The notes: a model not told the origin generated them from the letters alone. Positions 8,661 to 17,967 are shown, counted from the first letter of the stretch. The stretch: 32,000 nt of DNA from an uncultured delta proteobacterium (GCA_963823335.1 CAWGLD010000001.1:556548-588547), one strand, 5' to 3'. Numbers and translations: made by a program.

Positions 8661-10517
8661 ATGCCGGACGAAAAAGGAAGATTTCCAGATCCCCACGAGA
8701 TTCAGGTTCCCCCGGAACTTGAGGGATGGGAGGAGATGTATCCATCACATCACCTCTTTTCCAAGGACAGAGCAGACTGGGAAAAAGCGCAATTCTGGTA
8801 TCAGGACAAGATCCATGCACCCGAGCCGGTGCCACCCCTGGATCTCATTTTTCAGGAGGCGTGGCAGATCTCCCTTTCCCAGTACACTACCCGGGTATTT
8901 TGTATTCCACCTGCCCAGGGAATCGCCCAGAGAATGGTGGGCTGTTACCTGTACATCTGTGCCATTGCGCCCCCACCCGACGAAATTATCGGCCAGAAAG
9001 CAGCCCTGTTCGAAAAACGCGTTTTCTATGTATTTGAGCACTATGATGAACTGTGGGAAAAATGGCTCACAAAGTTCAAGGCGCTGGGCCAGGAAATGGA
9101 GGACGTGAAGGTCCCGGCGGAGTTGCCGAAATTTGTTCCGGATGATGAAGTGCTGCCCGCGCCTAAGGGCTACTACGATTCATACACACTCCTCGAATCT
9201 TTCGACAAACTTGTCAACCAGATGTTCAAGGGCTGGCAATATCATTTTGAAATGCTCAATCTGACCTATCTGGCCTACCTCATGTTTGCCGATGTAGCCA
9301 GAAAACTTTTCCCGGGAATCAGTGAAAGCGCCATCGGCAAGATGGTGGCCGGCGCATATGTTTCCATGTTCAAACCGGAGGAGGAATTGTGCCGACTCGC
9401 CAGACTGGCACATTCGACCCAGGCCGTGGCGGATATTTTAAGGAGCGACAACACGGCGGCGGAAAAAATCGCCACGCTTGAAAAAATATCTGAAGGTAAA
9501 AACTGGCTGGCGGAATATGAAAAATCCAAAGACCCCTGGTTCTCTGTGTCCTGCGGCAGCGGCTGGTTTCATCATGAAGGCAGCTGGACAACCAACCTCG
9601 ATATTCCTTTCAGCTATCTCAAGAGTTATGTGGACCGTTTAGCCAATGGAGAAACCATCGAACGTGCCCTGGAGGAGATCGGTAAAGAACGGGACAAAAT
9701 CGTCGAAGAATACAAAAATCTCATCCAGACCGACGAAGACAGACAATCCTTCGACGGTGCCTACAACACCATCCGAACCATCTATCGATATGCCGAGGAT
9801 CATCTCTTCTGGGTGGAACATTGGTTCCATACCATTTGGTACAGAAAAATCCGGAAGATCGGGAAACTGCTTGTCGACAACGGGATGATCGATCAAGTGG
9901 ATGACATTTTCATGTTCAACCGTTACGAAATTCCGCAACTTCTGACCGAAGTTTCAACGGCCTGGGCCCTGGGCGTAGACATACCCATGAGAAGTTCCCA
10001 CTACAAGGCCAAGGTTGTCAAGCGTCGAAGCATTCTGGAGGCCGCCGGAAAATGGAATCCGACACCGGCACTGGGTGTTCCGCCTGCAGAAGTGGCCGAG
10101 CCGTTTACGATCATGCTGTGGGGCATCACCACGGACAGGGTGCAGGAATGGCTCAAGGGCGTCGATGCGGCCCAGGAAGGCGATGTTTCCGAAATCAAAG
10201 GCTTTGCTTCTTCCGCCGGTGTAGCTCAAGGACCCGCAAGGGTACTGAAGTTACTCAAGGACATCCTGGATCTGCAGCCCGGAGAAGTACTGGTTTGTCC
10301 CTCAACCAACCCGTCCTGGGCACCTGTTTTTACCAACATCAAAGCAGCCGTTACCGACATTGGCGGTCTCACAAGTCATGCGGCCATCGTCTGCAGAGAA
10401 TACGGTATTCCGTCCGTCACGGGGACGGGTGTGGCTACGTCTGTTATCAAGACCGGCGATATCGTCAAGGTAGACGGCGATACGGGTTTGGTAGAGGTAA
10501 TCGAACGGGCAGGGTAA
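8661..10517 (+). CDS. Phenylphosphate synthase protein 1-like (about 70 kDa; central/phosphohistidine part of PEP synthase)
   Basis: 618 aa; C-terminal PEP-utilizer mobile domain [47 protein letters not shown] with the phosphorylatable His; no PEP/pyruvate-binding TIM barrel follows. Size and domain layout match Thauera phenylphosphate synthase protein 1 (PpsA). Confidence 0.8.
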   Translation: MPDEKGRFPDPHEIQVPPELEGWEEMYPSHHLFSKDRADWEKAQFWYQDKIHAPEPVPPLDLIFQEAWQISLSQYTTRVFCIPPAQGIAQRMVGCYLYICAIAPPPDEIIGQKAALFEKRVFYVFEHYDELWEKWLTKFKALGQEMEDVKVPAELPKFVPDDEVLPAPKGYYDSYTLLESFDKLVNQMFKGWQYHFEMLNLTYLAYLMFADVARKLFPGISESAIGKMVAGAYVSMFKPEEELCRLARLAHSTQAVADILRSDNTAAEKIATLEKISEGKNWLAEYEKSKDPWFSVSCGSGWFHHEGSWTTNLDIPFSYLKSYVDRLANGETIERALEEIGKERDKIVEEYKNLIQTDEDRQSFDGAYNTIRTIYRYAEDHLFWVEHWFHTIWYRKIRKIGKLLVDNGMIDQVDDIFMFNRYEIPQLLTEVSTAWALGVDIPMRSSHYKAKVVKRRSILEAAGKWNPTPALGVPPAEVAEPFTIMLWGITTDRVQEWLKGVDAAQEGDVSEIKGFASSAGVAQGPARVLKLLKDILDLQPGEVLVCPSTNPSWAPVFTNIKAAVTDIGGLTSHAAIVCREYGIPSVTGTGVATSVIKTGDIVKVDGDTGLVEVIERAG

Positions 10518-10609
10518 TCCGACACCTACGTTGCCCGAACAACCATTTAAGCATGTTTGGAGCGGTGTAACCAACGCCGCTCCAAACTTCCTAAAACCCG
10601 TAAACGGGG

Positions 10610-11686
10610 GTGGAAATGGAGTATGTTCTTACTTTCCTGGAGGTAGACAAAAATTCACTGTCGCTGGTTGGCGGCAAAAACGCCAGTCTGGGAGAATTGA
10701 TAAAGGCGGACATTCGCGTGCCTCCCGGTTTTGCCGTAACCACGGAGAGTTATCATAAATTTATCACCGAAACCGGGATCAGGGACAAGATTTTCCAAAT
10801 ACTATCGGACATGAAGCCGGGAGACATTGCCGCCCTGAATGCCGCCAGCGAAAGTATCCAGACGCTGATACAGGGTTCAGCCCTGTCGGAAGACATCCGA
10901 TCGGCCATCGAAAAAGCATATGCGGAGCTCTGCGCCGACTGCCGGGTAATCGACATGCCGGTGGCGGTTCGTTCAAGCGCTACGGCCGAAGACCTGCCCA
11001 CGGCCAGCTTCGCCGGTCAACAGGACACCTATCTCTGGATTCAGGGTCACAAAGATGTCGCGGAAAAGGTTCAGCGCTGCTGGGCCAGCCTGTTTACACC
11101 CCGGGCCATCGATTATCGTGTAAAAAATAAGTTTGCACATGAGAAAGTTCTGATCAGCGTAGGGGTTCAGAAAATGGTGAACTCCAGAGCTGCCGGGGTT
11201 ATGTTTACATTGAACCCGACCGACGGCGACCTGTCCAAGGTCGTTATCGAAGGCAGCTGGGGGCTGGGGGAGACTGTCGTTTCCGGCTCCGTCAATCCGG
11301 ACAAGTTCGTGGTAGACAAGGTGGTCATGGAAACTTCAGACAAGACCATTTCCACCAAACACATCGCCTGCGTATACGACCCGCAGGCAGGTAAGGTCGT
11401 GGATGCGGATGTGGATGAAGACATGCAGTGCAAATGCTGTCTGGAGGATATGGAAGTCAAGGCCCTGGTGAGCATGGGCAAGTTGATCGAACGGCACTAC
11501 AAGCGCCCCATGGACATCGAATGGGCCATCGATAAAGACCTCGATTTCCCCGAGAATATCTTTATCGTGCAGGCGCGGCCGGAGACCGTCTGGAGCCAGC
11601 GTAAGACACGCTCGCTAATCGGCGCTAAAAGCGGCTATCAACTTTTGATGGAACAGGCCATGAAACGGATCAAGATACCCAGTTAA
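10610..11686 (+). CDS. Phenylphosphate synthase protein 2-like (about 40 kDa; N-terminal ATP-binding part of PEP synthase)
   Basis: 358 aa; LSLVGGKNASLGELI...VPPGFAVTTESYHKFI, VAVRSSATAEDLPTASFAGQQDTYLWI, GVMFTLNPTDGD..KVVIEGSWGLGETVVSG; ends after the ATP-grasp domain. Matches PpsB size and layout. Confidence 0.8.
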   Translation: MEMEYVLTFLEVDKNSLSLVGGKNASLGELIKADIRVPPGFAVTTESYHKFITETGIRDKIFQILSDMKPGDIAALNAASESIQTLIQGSALSEDIRSAIEKAYAELCADCRVIDMPVAVRSSATAEDLPTASFAGQQDTYLWIQGHKDVAEKVQRCWASLFTPRAIDYRVKNKFAHEKVLISVGVQKMVNSRAAGVMFTLNPTDGDLSKVVIEGSWGLGETVVSGSVNPDKFVVDKVVMETSDKTISTKHIACVYDPQAGKVVDADVDEDMQCKCCLEDMEVKALVSMGKLIERHYKRPMDIEWAIDKDLDFPENIFIVQARPETVWSQRKTRSLIGAKSGYQLLMEQAMKRIKIPS

Positions 11687-11693
11687 AAAATAG

Positions 11694-11783
11694 GGTTCGA
11701 GGGTCCGAGGGTCCGAGTGGCGAAGGGTGGCTGACGGCAGTGAGCGAAAGGCACCTGCAGCCTATCGTCTAAACGCCTAAAAG
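11694..11783 (+). repeat. Dispersed 3'-end-associated repeat family A, copy 3
   Basis: GGGTTCGAGGGTCCGAGGGTCCGAGTGGCGAAGGGTGGCTGACGGCAGTGAGCGAAAGGCACCTGCAGCCTATCGTCTAAACGCCTAAAAG, just after the 40-kDa synthase gene. Confidence 0.75.
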
Positions 11784-11944
11784 AAGTGCTTGGTTCTCAG
11801 CTGAAATTAACACTAAAACCTAAAACCTAAAACGAAAATACTGCACTAACGTCTATACCGCAAAAAAAATCGTTTGGTAAAAATCATATGGGTTTTGTTT
11901 GCATGTTTGTTCAATTCTAACCAATAAAGGAGGACTGTTGCTCT

Positions 11945-13351
11945 ATGAAGAACATGAGAGATTTTATCACAGAAGGTGAGAAAAAGGGCCTGTGTAAACG
12001 AATTTCAGCTGAAGTCGATTGGAATCTGGAGTTGTCGCATATCGCCAAACTCAATGAAGAGCAAAAGGGTCCGGCGCTGCTGTTTGAAAATGTGAAGGAC
12101 TATGACACACCGGTGATTACCAGTGTCTGTACCACCCCTGAAAGACTGGCATTTATCCTTGGTCAACCATTGGATTCCACGCTTGTAGATCTCTACGCGC
12201 ACTGGGCCAAGCTGGGGGACAACCTGTTGGAGCCCAAGTATGTGGAAAAAGCGGATGCGCCATGCAAAGAGAATATCATCACCGGGGACGACATTGACCT
12301 TTTCAAATTCCCCGTGCCGCAGTGGTATCCTCTGGACGGGGGCCGTTATATCGGGACCGCTCATTTCTTCATCAGCAAGGATCCCGAAACCGGCTGGGTA
12401 AACCTGGGAACCTACAGGGCTCAGCTATTGGGAAAAGACAAGATTGGCACCCAGTTTATCAAGGGCAAACATGCCGACATCATGCTGAAGAAATATCAAG
12501 CCATGGGGAAACCCATGCCGGTGGCTTCAGTAATCGGGTGTGATCCTCTGCTTTTTATCCTCGGTGCAGCACGCGTTTCAGCTTTTACTTCAGAATACGA
12601 TGTGGCAGGCGCCCTGCGCGGTGAGCCTGTAGAAGTCGTTAAAGGAGAAATCGTCGATCTGCCCATTCCGGCACATGCCGAGATCGTGCTCGAAGGAGAA
12701 GTGGATGCCGACAAATTTATGGAAGAAGGACCGTTCGGTGAATATACCGGGTATTATTCCGGCGTTGGTACGGATCCACGCAATTTCATGGATGTCCAAT
12801 GTGTCACCCATCGTAACAATCCGATTCTCTGGGGAACCACCGTCGGCCGGGCCGTTACAGACACGCACATGACCATGGCACTGTCATATGGGGCCACCCT
12901 TTGGCAACAATTGTTGGCCATGAAGATTCCAGGCTTGAAAGCGGTTTACTGCCCGCCGGAAGGCTCCGGACGGTTTTTGGCCATCATCTCCATGAAGCAG
13001 ATGTATCCCGGGCATGCAGACCAGGTGCTCACGGCTGCCATTTCAACGGAAATGGGTGCCTATGGTCTGAAAACCGTCATCGTCGTGGATGAGGATATCG
13101 ACCCCTGGGATATTCCCCGGGTCCTGTATGCCTTGAGTTTCAGATTCCAGCCCAACCGCAGTCAGGTCATCAAGAGAGGGCGGTCCACACCACTGGATCC
13201 GTCTCTGCCCATCAATGCGCGGGAAATTACCGGTAGACTTTTGTTGGATGCCACCATACCCTATGACTGGAAACACAAACCGATTCCCATTGAACTGGAC
13301 GCGGAAATGGTGAAAAGAGTCAAGTCGCGATGGTCTGAGTTGGGGTTATAA
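11945..13351 (+). CDS. UbiD-family (de)carboxylase, candidate phenylphosphate carboxylase subunit
   Basis: 468 aa; NEEQKGPALLFENVKDYDTPVITSVCTTPERLAFILG, GGRYIGTAHFFISKDPETGWVNLGTYR, EGPFGEYTGYY, VVDEDIDPWDIPRVLYALSFRFQPNRSQVI: UbiD-family signatures. Confidence 0.88.
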   Translation: MKNMRDFITEGEKKGLCKRISAEVDWNLELSHIAKLNEEQKGPALLFENVKDYDTPVITSVCTTPERLAFILGQPLDSTLVDLYAHWAKLGDNLLEPKYVEKADAPCKENIITGDDIDLFKFPVPQWYPLDGGRYIGTAHFFISKDPETGWVNLGTYRAQLLGKDKIGTQFIKGKHADIMLKKYQAMGKPMPVASVIGCDPLLFILGAARVSAFTSEYDVAGALRGEPVEVVKGEIVDLPIPAHAEIVLEGEVDADKFMEEGPFGEYTGYYSGVGTDPRNFMDVQCVTHRNNPILWGTTVGRAVTDTHMTMALSYGATLWQQLLAMKIPGLKAVYCPPEGSGRFLAIISMKQMYPGHADQVLTAAISTEMGAYGLKTVIVVDEDIDPWDIPRVLYALSFRFQPNRSQVIKRGRSTPLDPSLPINAREITGRLLLDATIPYDWKHKPIPIELDAEMVKRVKSRWSELGL

Positions 13352-13385
13352 AAATAAAAACGCTCAATTTAGGAGGAGTTAGGTA

Positions 13386-13901
13386 ATGTCCGATACCGAC
13401 ATGATAGAAGACAAAAAGGTTCTGGTGGTTGATGATGAACAGGACATTCTGGAGGTTTTGGAAGAACTGCTGGATATGTGCCATGTGACAACAGCGTCGA
13501 CCTTTGATCAGGCTAAAACCCTGTTGGAAACCCAGGCCTTTGACATCGCGATTCTCGATATCATGGGGGTTGACGGATATCGCCTGTTGGAAATTGCCAA
13601 CAAGAAAAAGATACCCGCAATTATGCTTACAGCGCATGCATTCTCTGCCGGCAACCTGGTAAAGACCATCAAAGAGGGTGCCTATGCCTATGTTCCCAAA
13701 GAAGAAATCGGCCGGATCGCCGAGTTTCTTTCAGATGCCTTGAACGCCAAAAAACAAGGCAAAAATCCCTGGCGCGTCTGGGAGGAAAGACTGCCGTCAT
13801 CCTATTTTGAAAAAAGATGGGGGGCGGCCTGGAAGAATTCGGACCGGGACTTCTGGAACAAATTCAGGGAAAGCATCAAAACGCGGGATGGGAAAAAATA
13901 A
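13386..13901 (+). CDS. Stand-alone CheY-like receiver protein with ~45-aa basic/aromatic C-terminal tail
   Basis: 171 aa; KKVLVVDDEQDILEVLEELL...FDIAILDIMGVDGYRLLEIA...IPAIMLTAH...GAYAYVPKEE; AGGAGGAG Shine-Dalgarno just upstream. No HTH or output domain recognised. Confidence 0.85.
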   Translation: MSDTDMIEDKKVLVVDDEQDILEVLEELLDMCHVTTASTFDQAKTLLETQAFDIAILDIMGVDGYRLLEIANKKKIPAIMLTAHAFSAGNLVKTIKEGAYAYVPKEEIGRIAEFLSDALNAKKQGKNPWRVWEERLPSSYFEKRWGAAWKNSDRDFWNKFRESIKTRDGKK

Positions 13902-13982
13902 CGCAGTTATCCCCAACCAGGATAAACCGGTTGGAGTGAAGCGAAAACCCTGGCTTGCCGGGGAAAAGATAAGACCTTTTAT

Positions 13983-14062
13983 CACGAAAGCACGAAAGTA
14001 CGAAAACACGAAAATTTTCATGGTCTTTTTCGTGTTTTTCAGATTTCGTGTTTTCGTGATTG
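13983..14062. repeat. CACGAAA-type interspersed inverted repeat
   Basis: CACGAAAGCACGAAAGTACGAAAACACGAAAA...TTTTTCGTGTTTTTCAGATTTCGTGTTTTCGTG: short direct repeats on one side and their reverse complements on the other. Confidence 0.6.
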
Positions 14063-14158
14063 CTTATATTTTTTTGCCACATAATTTACAAATTTTACAG
14101 TGCTCTGTGTCATTTGGACTTTATAGATAAGCATGAAAAAGAAAGAAGGAGGTTTGAA

Positions 14159-15814
14159 TTGAAACCGATTCGTTACCAGAAAGATATGATCGATGAATTT
14201 GTGACCGATGGTTACTGGACCGAAGAGCTTTTCTATGACTTCTGGGATAGAAATGCCCGGGAAATCGGTAACCGGGAAGCGCTGGTAGACTCGAAATATC
14301 GCCTGACATGGTCTGAAGCCAAAAAACTGGTGGACGCCATGGCCATTTCCTGGGTGGAAATGGGAATTCCCAAACATTCCCGGGTCATCATTCAATCGCC
14401 CAACAGTGTCTACGGGTTTCTCGCCCGAATCGCCTGTGAGAGGGCCGGACTCATTTCTCTTACGGTCTATCCATACCTTCGTCAGAGGGAATTGGAGTAC
14501 ATGCTGGAGAAAACAGAGGCCAAGGCAGTCGTTATTCTGAACATCTACAACAAATTCAATTATCTAAAAATGTACACGGAGCTCCAGAAACAGTTTCCCC
14601 ATCTAAAATATTTTTTTCTTTTCGACGATGACGTTCCGGACGATGCGCCTGCGGGTACCTATTCGCTGCCCCGGATGACCCAGCTCCGGGCAGAAAAACC
14701 AGTGGACGCATCCGTGCTGGCAGAACGCAGGTTGGACCCGTTCTGGAACATCTCCCTGCTCACGACCACATCCGGCACCACCGGTATCCCCAAGCTGGTG
14801 GAGTGGCCCACCGCGCCCCGCGTCTGCACATCCAAAGGCAGATGCGCCATCTGGAACCTCAACCGTGACGACACCACCATGGCCATCGCCCCTCATGCCG
14901 GCGGAGCGGCTGGAACACTGACGTATTTCGCCGCCCCCATTGCCGGTGCCAAAACCGTGATGTTGGAGGAGTTTTCCGGCGAAGGCGCGCTGGCGCTCAT
15001 CGAAAAAGAGAAAGCTACGGCCATCGGTGTGGTTCCCACCCACCTTATACGGATGCTGGAGGCCGACGTCTCCAAATACGATCTGAGTTCTCTGCGGTTT
15101 ATCCGCTCGGCCGGCGGGTATTTATCACCCCAGGTGGCCGAAGAAGCTGAAAACGCATTTAAGGCAAGCATTACCAGCGACCTTGGGACCCAGGACAAGG
15201 GATCGGTGTCCGGGTGCAGCGTAGAGGATTCAAAGGATCTTCGCCGCAGAACCGTCGGCCGCATGCTTCCGGGCAACAAGGTGAGATTGCTGGACAAGGA
15301 CACCGGCAAAGAAGTGCCCGAGGGCGAACCCGGAGTTCTCTGGCTCAGGGGCCCCCACGCCCCGGCAGGATACTTCCGGGACGAGGAATTGACCGCCACG
15401 GTGTTCGACAAGGACGGATGGACCACCACGGAGGATATCGTCAAATTCGATCAGGGCTGTCTGTGGATTCTGGGCCGGGCCAAGGACATGATCATCCGGG
15501 GAGGACAGAACATCTATCCTGCAGAGATCGAGGGCCTGCTCAATGATCATCCCGGGGTATCGTCTGTAGCGGTTGTGGGGTATCCGGACCGGGAGATGGG
15601 TGAACGGTGCTGTGCCTACGTCATCCCCAAGCCTGGTGTGGATTTTTCCTTTGACGAAATGGTTTCTTTTCTCAAGGGGAAAAATATTGCCATGTTCAAA
15701 CTTCCGGAACGGCTCGAAATTGTGTCTGAGTTTCCCCTGGTGGGAGATTCGGGCAAGGTCAACAAGGAAACCTTGAAGGAACAGATCAAGGCATTGGTTG
15801 AGAAGGGGAGCTAA
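14159..15814 (+). CDS. AMP-forming aryl/acyl-CoA ligase (ANL superfamily; 4-hydroxybenzoate-CoA ligase / dihydroxybenzoate-AMP ligase-like)
   Basis: LLTTTSGTTGIPKLVEWP (P-loop), DGWTTTEDIVKF, LGRAKDMIIRGGQNIYPAEIE, SGKVNKETL catalytic Lys. TTG start at 14159 proposed because AAGGAGG lies 5-11 nt upstream; ORF track starts at 14060. Confidence 0.88.
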   Translation: MKPIRYQKDMIDEFVTDGYWTEELFYDFWDRNAREIGNREALVDSKYRLTWSEAKKLVDAMAISWVEMGIPKHSRVIIQSPNSVYGFLARIACERAGLISLTVYPYLRQRELEYMLEKTEAKAVVILNIYNKFNYLKMYTELQKQFPHLKYFFLFDDDVPDDAPAGTYSLPRMTQLRAEKPVDASVLAERRLDPFWNISLLTTTSGTTGIPKLVEWPTAPRVCTSKGRCAIWNLNRDDTTMAIAPHAGGAAGTLTYFAAPIAGAKTVMLEEFSGEGALALIEKEKATAIGVVPTHLIRMLEADVSKYDLSSLRFIRSAGGYLSPQVAEEAENAFKASITSDLGTQDKGSVSGCSVEDSKDLRRRTVGRMLPGNKVRLLDKDTGKEVPEGEPGVLWLRGPHAPAGYFRDEELTATVFDKDGWTTTEDIVKFDQGCLWILGRAKDMIIRGGQNIYPAEIEGLLNDHPGVSSVAVVGYPDREMGERCCAYVIPKPGVDFSFDEMVSFLKGKNIAMFKLPERLEIVSEFPLVGDSGKVNKETLKEQIKALVEKGS

Positions 15815-15818
15815 AACA

Positions 15819-15914
15819 GGGTCCAGGGGTGATACAAGGGTGGTAAGAGGGTTCGAGGGTGGCTGACGGCAGTGAGCGAAAGGCACCTAAAAGCCTACAG
15901 TCTAAAGCCCTAAT
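15819..15914 (+). repeat. Dispersed 3'-end-associated repeat family A, copy 4
   Basis: GGGTCCAGGGGTGATACAAGGGTGGTAAGAGGGTTCGAGGGTGGCTGACGGCAGTGAGCGAAAGGCACCTAAAAGCCTACAGTCTAAAGCCCTAA, just after the CoA ligase stop. Confidence 0.75.
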
Positions 15915-15976
15915 TTTCTGAACTAGGTTCATCGGCTTTTCGCTAGTGTCCGTCCAAAAATAGAGATTTTCGCGTT

Positions 15977-17188
15977 ATGCCAAAGCAGATCCTGATCATA
16001 TCCACCCTGGACACCAAAGGGGTGGAAACACGTTACTTGAAGCAGAAAATCGAGGCGCTGGGTCTTTCCGCCATCCTCATGGATCTGTCCATGCGCGCTG
16101 ACGTTAAACTGCCGGCTGAAATAACCAATGCCCAGGTGGCTGAAGCAGGCGGCAGCAGCATCGAAGAAATCGGGCAATCCCGTGAACGAAGCAAGATCAC
16201 GAAAATCATGACGTCCGGGGCTTCCAAGCTGGCAAGGCAGTATTATGGCGAGGGCAGAATCGACGGTGTAATTGCAATGGGCGGATCCACCGGCACCCTG
16301 ATGGCATCCGATGTGATGCGGTCCCTCCCTTTTGGTGTTCCCAAGACAGTTATATCTTCTACGGCAGCACTTCCCGGTCTTTCCACCAGGTATATCGGAA
16401 CAGGGGATATTACGCTGTTTCATTCGGTAATCGAAATTTCCGGTCTTTCCAATTTGTTAAAAAACGTGATGGACAGGGCAGCACACGCCATCACCGCCAT
16501 GGTTCATGAGACAGTCACACCCCTGGTTACGGGCGAGGGAAAAGCCATCGCCCTGACCATGCTGGGTCCCTGTGAAAAATGTGCCAGCTTTGTCCGTATT
16601 GCCCTTGAAAAAGAAGGCTATCAGGTCATCGGCTTCTCCGCAGCCGGTGTGGGTGATCGGGCCATGGAACAGATGATCGCCGAAGGGTTTTTTCAGGGTG
16701 TCATCGACCTGGCGCCGGGTGGGGTCGGGGAGCATCTTTTCGGTTTTATGAGAGATGCAGGCCCGAATCGACTGGAAAATGCAGGCAGGATGGGAATTCC
16801 AATGATTGTTTCCACCTGCAGCGTCAATCACATGACACCCTCAAAGTCCAGATACCAAGCCGAATACCACCAGCGCCGCAAATATGACCTGGATAAATTT
16901 CGCACCTGGATACGATTGTCGCCGGAAGAGCTGCAGAGCGTTGCGCAAGCCTTTGCCGCGAAATTGAACAAAGCCGGCGGCCCGGTAAAATTCCTGATAC
17001 CGCAGAATGGTTGGTCTTCGGTGGACCAGCCCGGCAATCCGACCCACGATCCACAGGAGGACCGCATCTTCGTTGAGGTGCTGCAACAAAACCTGCGCCC
17101 GGACATCGACATCCTGGAAATACAGGCCAATATGGAAGACCCGGTCTTTGCCCAGGCTGTTGTTGAAACGGCATTGCATCTATTTTAA
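15977..17188 (+). CDS. Tm-1-like ATP-binding domain-containing protein (UPF0261), paralogue 3
   Basis: 403 aa; ILIISTLDTKGVETRYLKQKIEALG, GVIAMGGSTGTLMASDVMRSLPFGVPKTVISSTAA, AAGVGDRAMEQMIAEGFFQGVIDLAPGGVGEHLFG, IPQNGWSSVDQPGNPTHDPQED. Confidence 0.88.
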   Translation: MPKQILIISTLDTKGVETRYLKQKIEALGLSAILMDLSMRADVKLPAEITNAQVAEAGGSSIEEIGQSRERSKITKIMTSGASKLARQYYGEGRIDGVIAMGGSTGTLMASDVMRSLPFGVPKTVISSTAALPGLSTRYIGTGDITLFHSVIEISGLSNLLKNVMDRAAHAITAMVHETVTPLVTGEGKAIALTMLGPCEKCASFVRIALEKEGYQVIGFSAAGVGDRAMEQMIAEGFFQGVIDLAPGGVGEHLFGFMRDAGPNRLENAGRMGIPMIVSTCSVNHMTPSKSRYQAEYHQRRKYDLDKFRTWIRLSPEELQSVAQAFAAKLNKAGGPVKFLIPQNGWSSVDQPGNPTHDPQEDRIFVEVLQQNLRPDIDILEIQANMEDPVFAQAVVETALHLF

Positions 17189-17225
17189 TTGACCATATGC
17201 CTCTTGAAAAAGTAGCTCCTCTGGG

Positions 17226-17245
17226 ATAAAGAATCGATTCTTTAT
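17226..17245. promoter_or_regulatory. Perfect 20-bp palindrome ATAAAGAATCGATTCTTTAT, candidate protein-binding site
   Basis: Exact self-complementarity with no loop, in the gap between Tm-1 paralogue 3 and ubiX. Confidence 0.3.
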
Positions 17246-17361
17246 TCTGCTGGGAAGCGAGGATGCTTGGAGACTGGGATGCTGCTGTCCGTTTTTATCT
17301 CTCAGCCACCCTCGAATCCTTGGCCTCTGGAACCCTTTTTCCTAAAAAAAGCGAGGTACCC

Positions 17362-17967
17362 ATGTCCAAACGAATTGTCATAGGAATATCCGGTGCAAGC
17401 GGTGTGACGTACGGTGTGCGCCTGCTCAGCCTGCTGAAAGACAGTGATTATGAAACGCACCTGATCTTGTCCGAATCCGGCAAACTCAATATCAAGATCG
17501 AGACAGCCTACACACCCGAGGAAGTCCAGGCCATGGCCAGTCATGTGTATGACCACAAAGACATGGCCGCCGCTCTGTCATCCGGTTCTTTCCTGACCCA
17601 GGGCATGGTGGTGGTCCCGTGTACCATAAAGACCTTGTCCGGGATTGCCAACTCATATAACGAGAACCTTCTTGTGCGGGCCGCCGATGTCACATTAAAG
17701 GAAAAACGCAAACTGGTTCTGGTGGTGAGAGAAACGCCCCTGCACCTCGGTCACCTGCGCCTCATGACACTGGCGGCGGAAATGGGAGCCCTTATTGTAC
17801 CGCCGGTGCCCTCCTTTTATCATCAACCCGAAACCCTCCAGGACATCATCGATCAAACCATCGGCAAGGTATTCGATTACCTCGGTATCGAACACGCGCT
17901 TTTTAATCGCTGGGGTGAGAACAAAAGAATGCCCAGGACACCCGATGCCTCATTAAAAGCACTTTAA
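17362..17967 (+). CDS. ubiX: UbiX/Pad1-family flavin prenyltransferase
   Basis: MSKRIVIGISGASGVTYGVRLLSLL...MVVVPCTIKTLSGIANSYNENLLVRAADVTLKEKRKLVLVVRETPLHLGHLRLM; ORF track begins at 17263 but the ATG at 17362 follows a GAGG and gives the family N-terminus. Confidence 0.93.
   Translation: MSKRIVIGISGASGVTYGVRLLSLLKDSDYETHLILSESGKLNIKIETAYTPEEVQAMASHVYDHKDMAAALSSGSFLTQGMVVVPCTIKTLSGIANSYNENLLVRAADVTLKEKRKLVLVVRETPLHLGHLRLMTLAAEMGALIVPPVPSFYHQPETLQDIIDQTIGKVFDYLGIEHALFNRWGENKRMPRTPDASLKAL

Noticed and set aside
8661-11686. Single PEP synthase gene broken by mutation
   Set aside because: Gene order is reversed relative to a broken ppsA (phosphohistidine part first, ATP-binding part second), both ORFs are intact with their own starts, and the split matches phenylphosphate synthase proteins 1 and 2.
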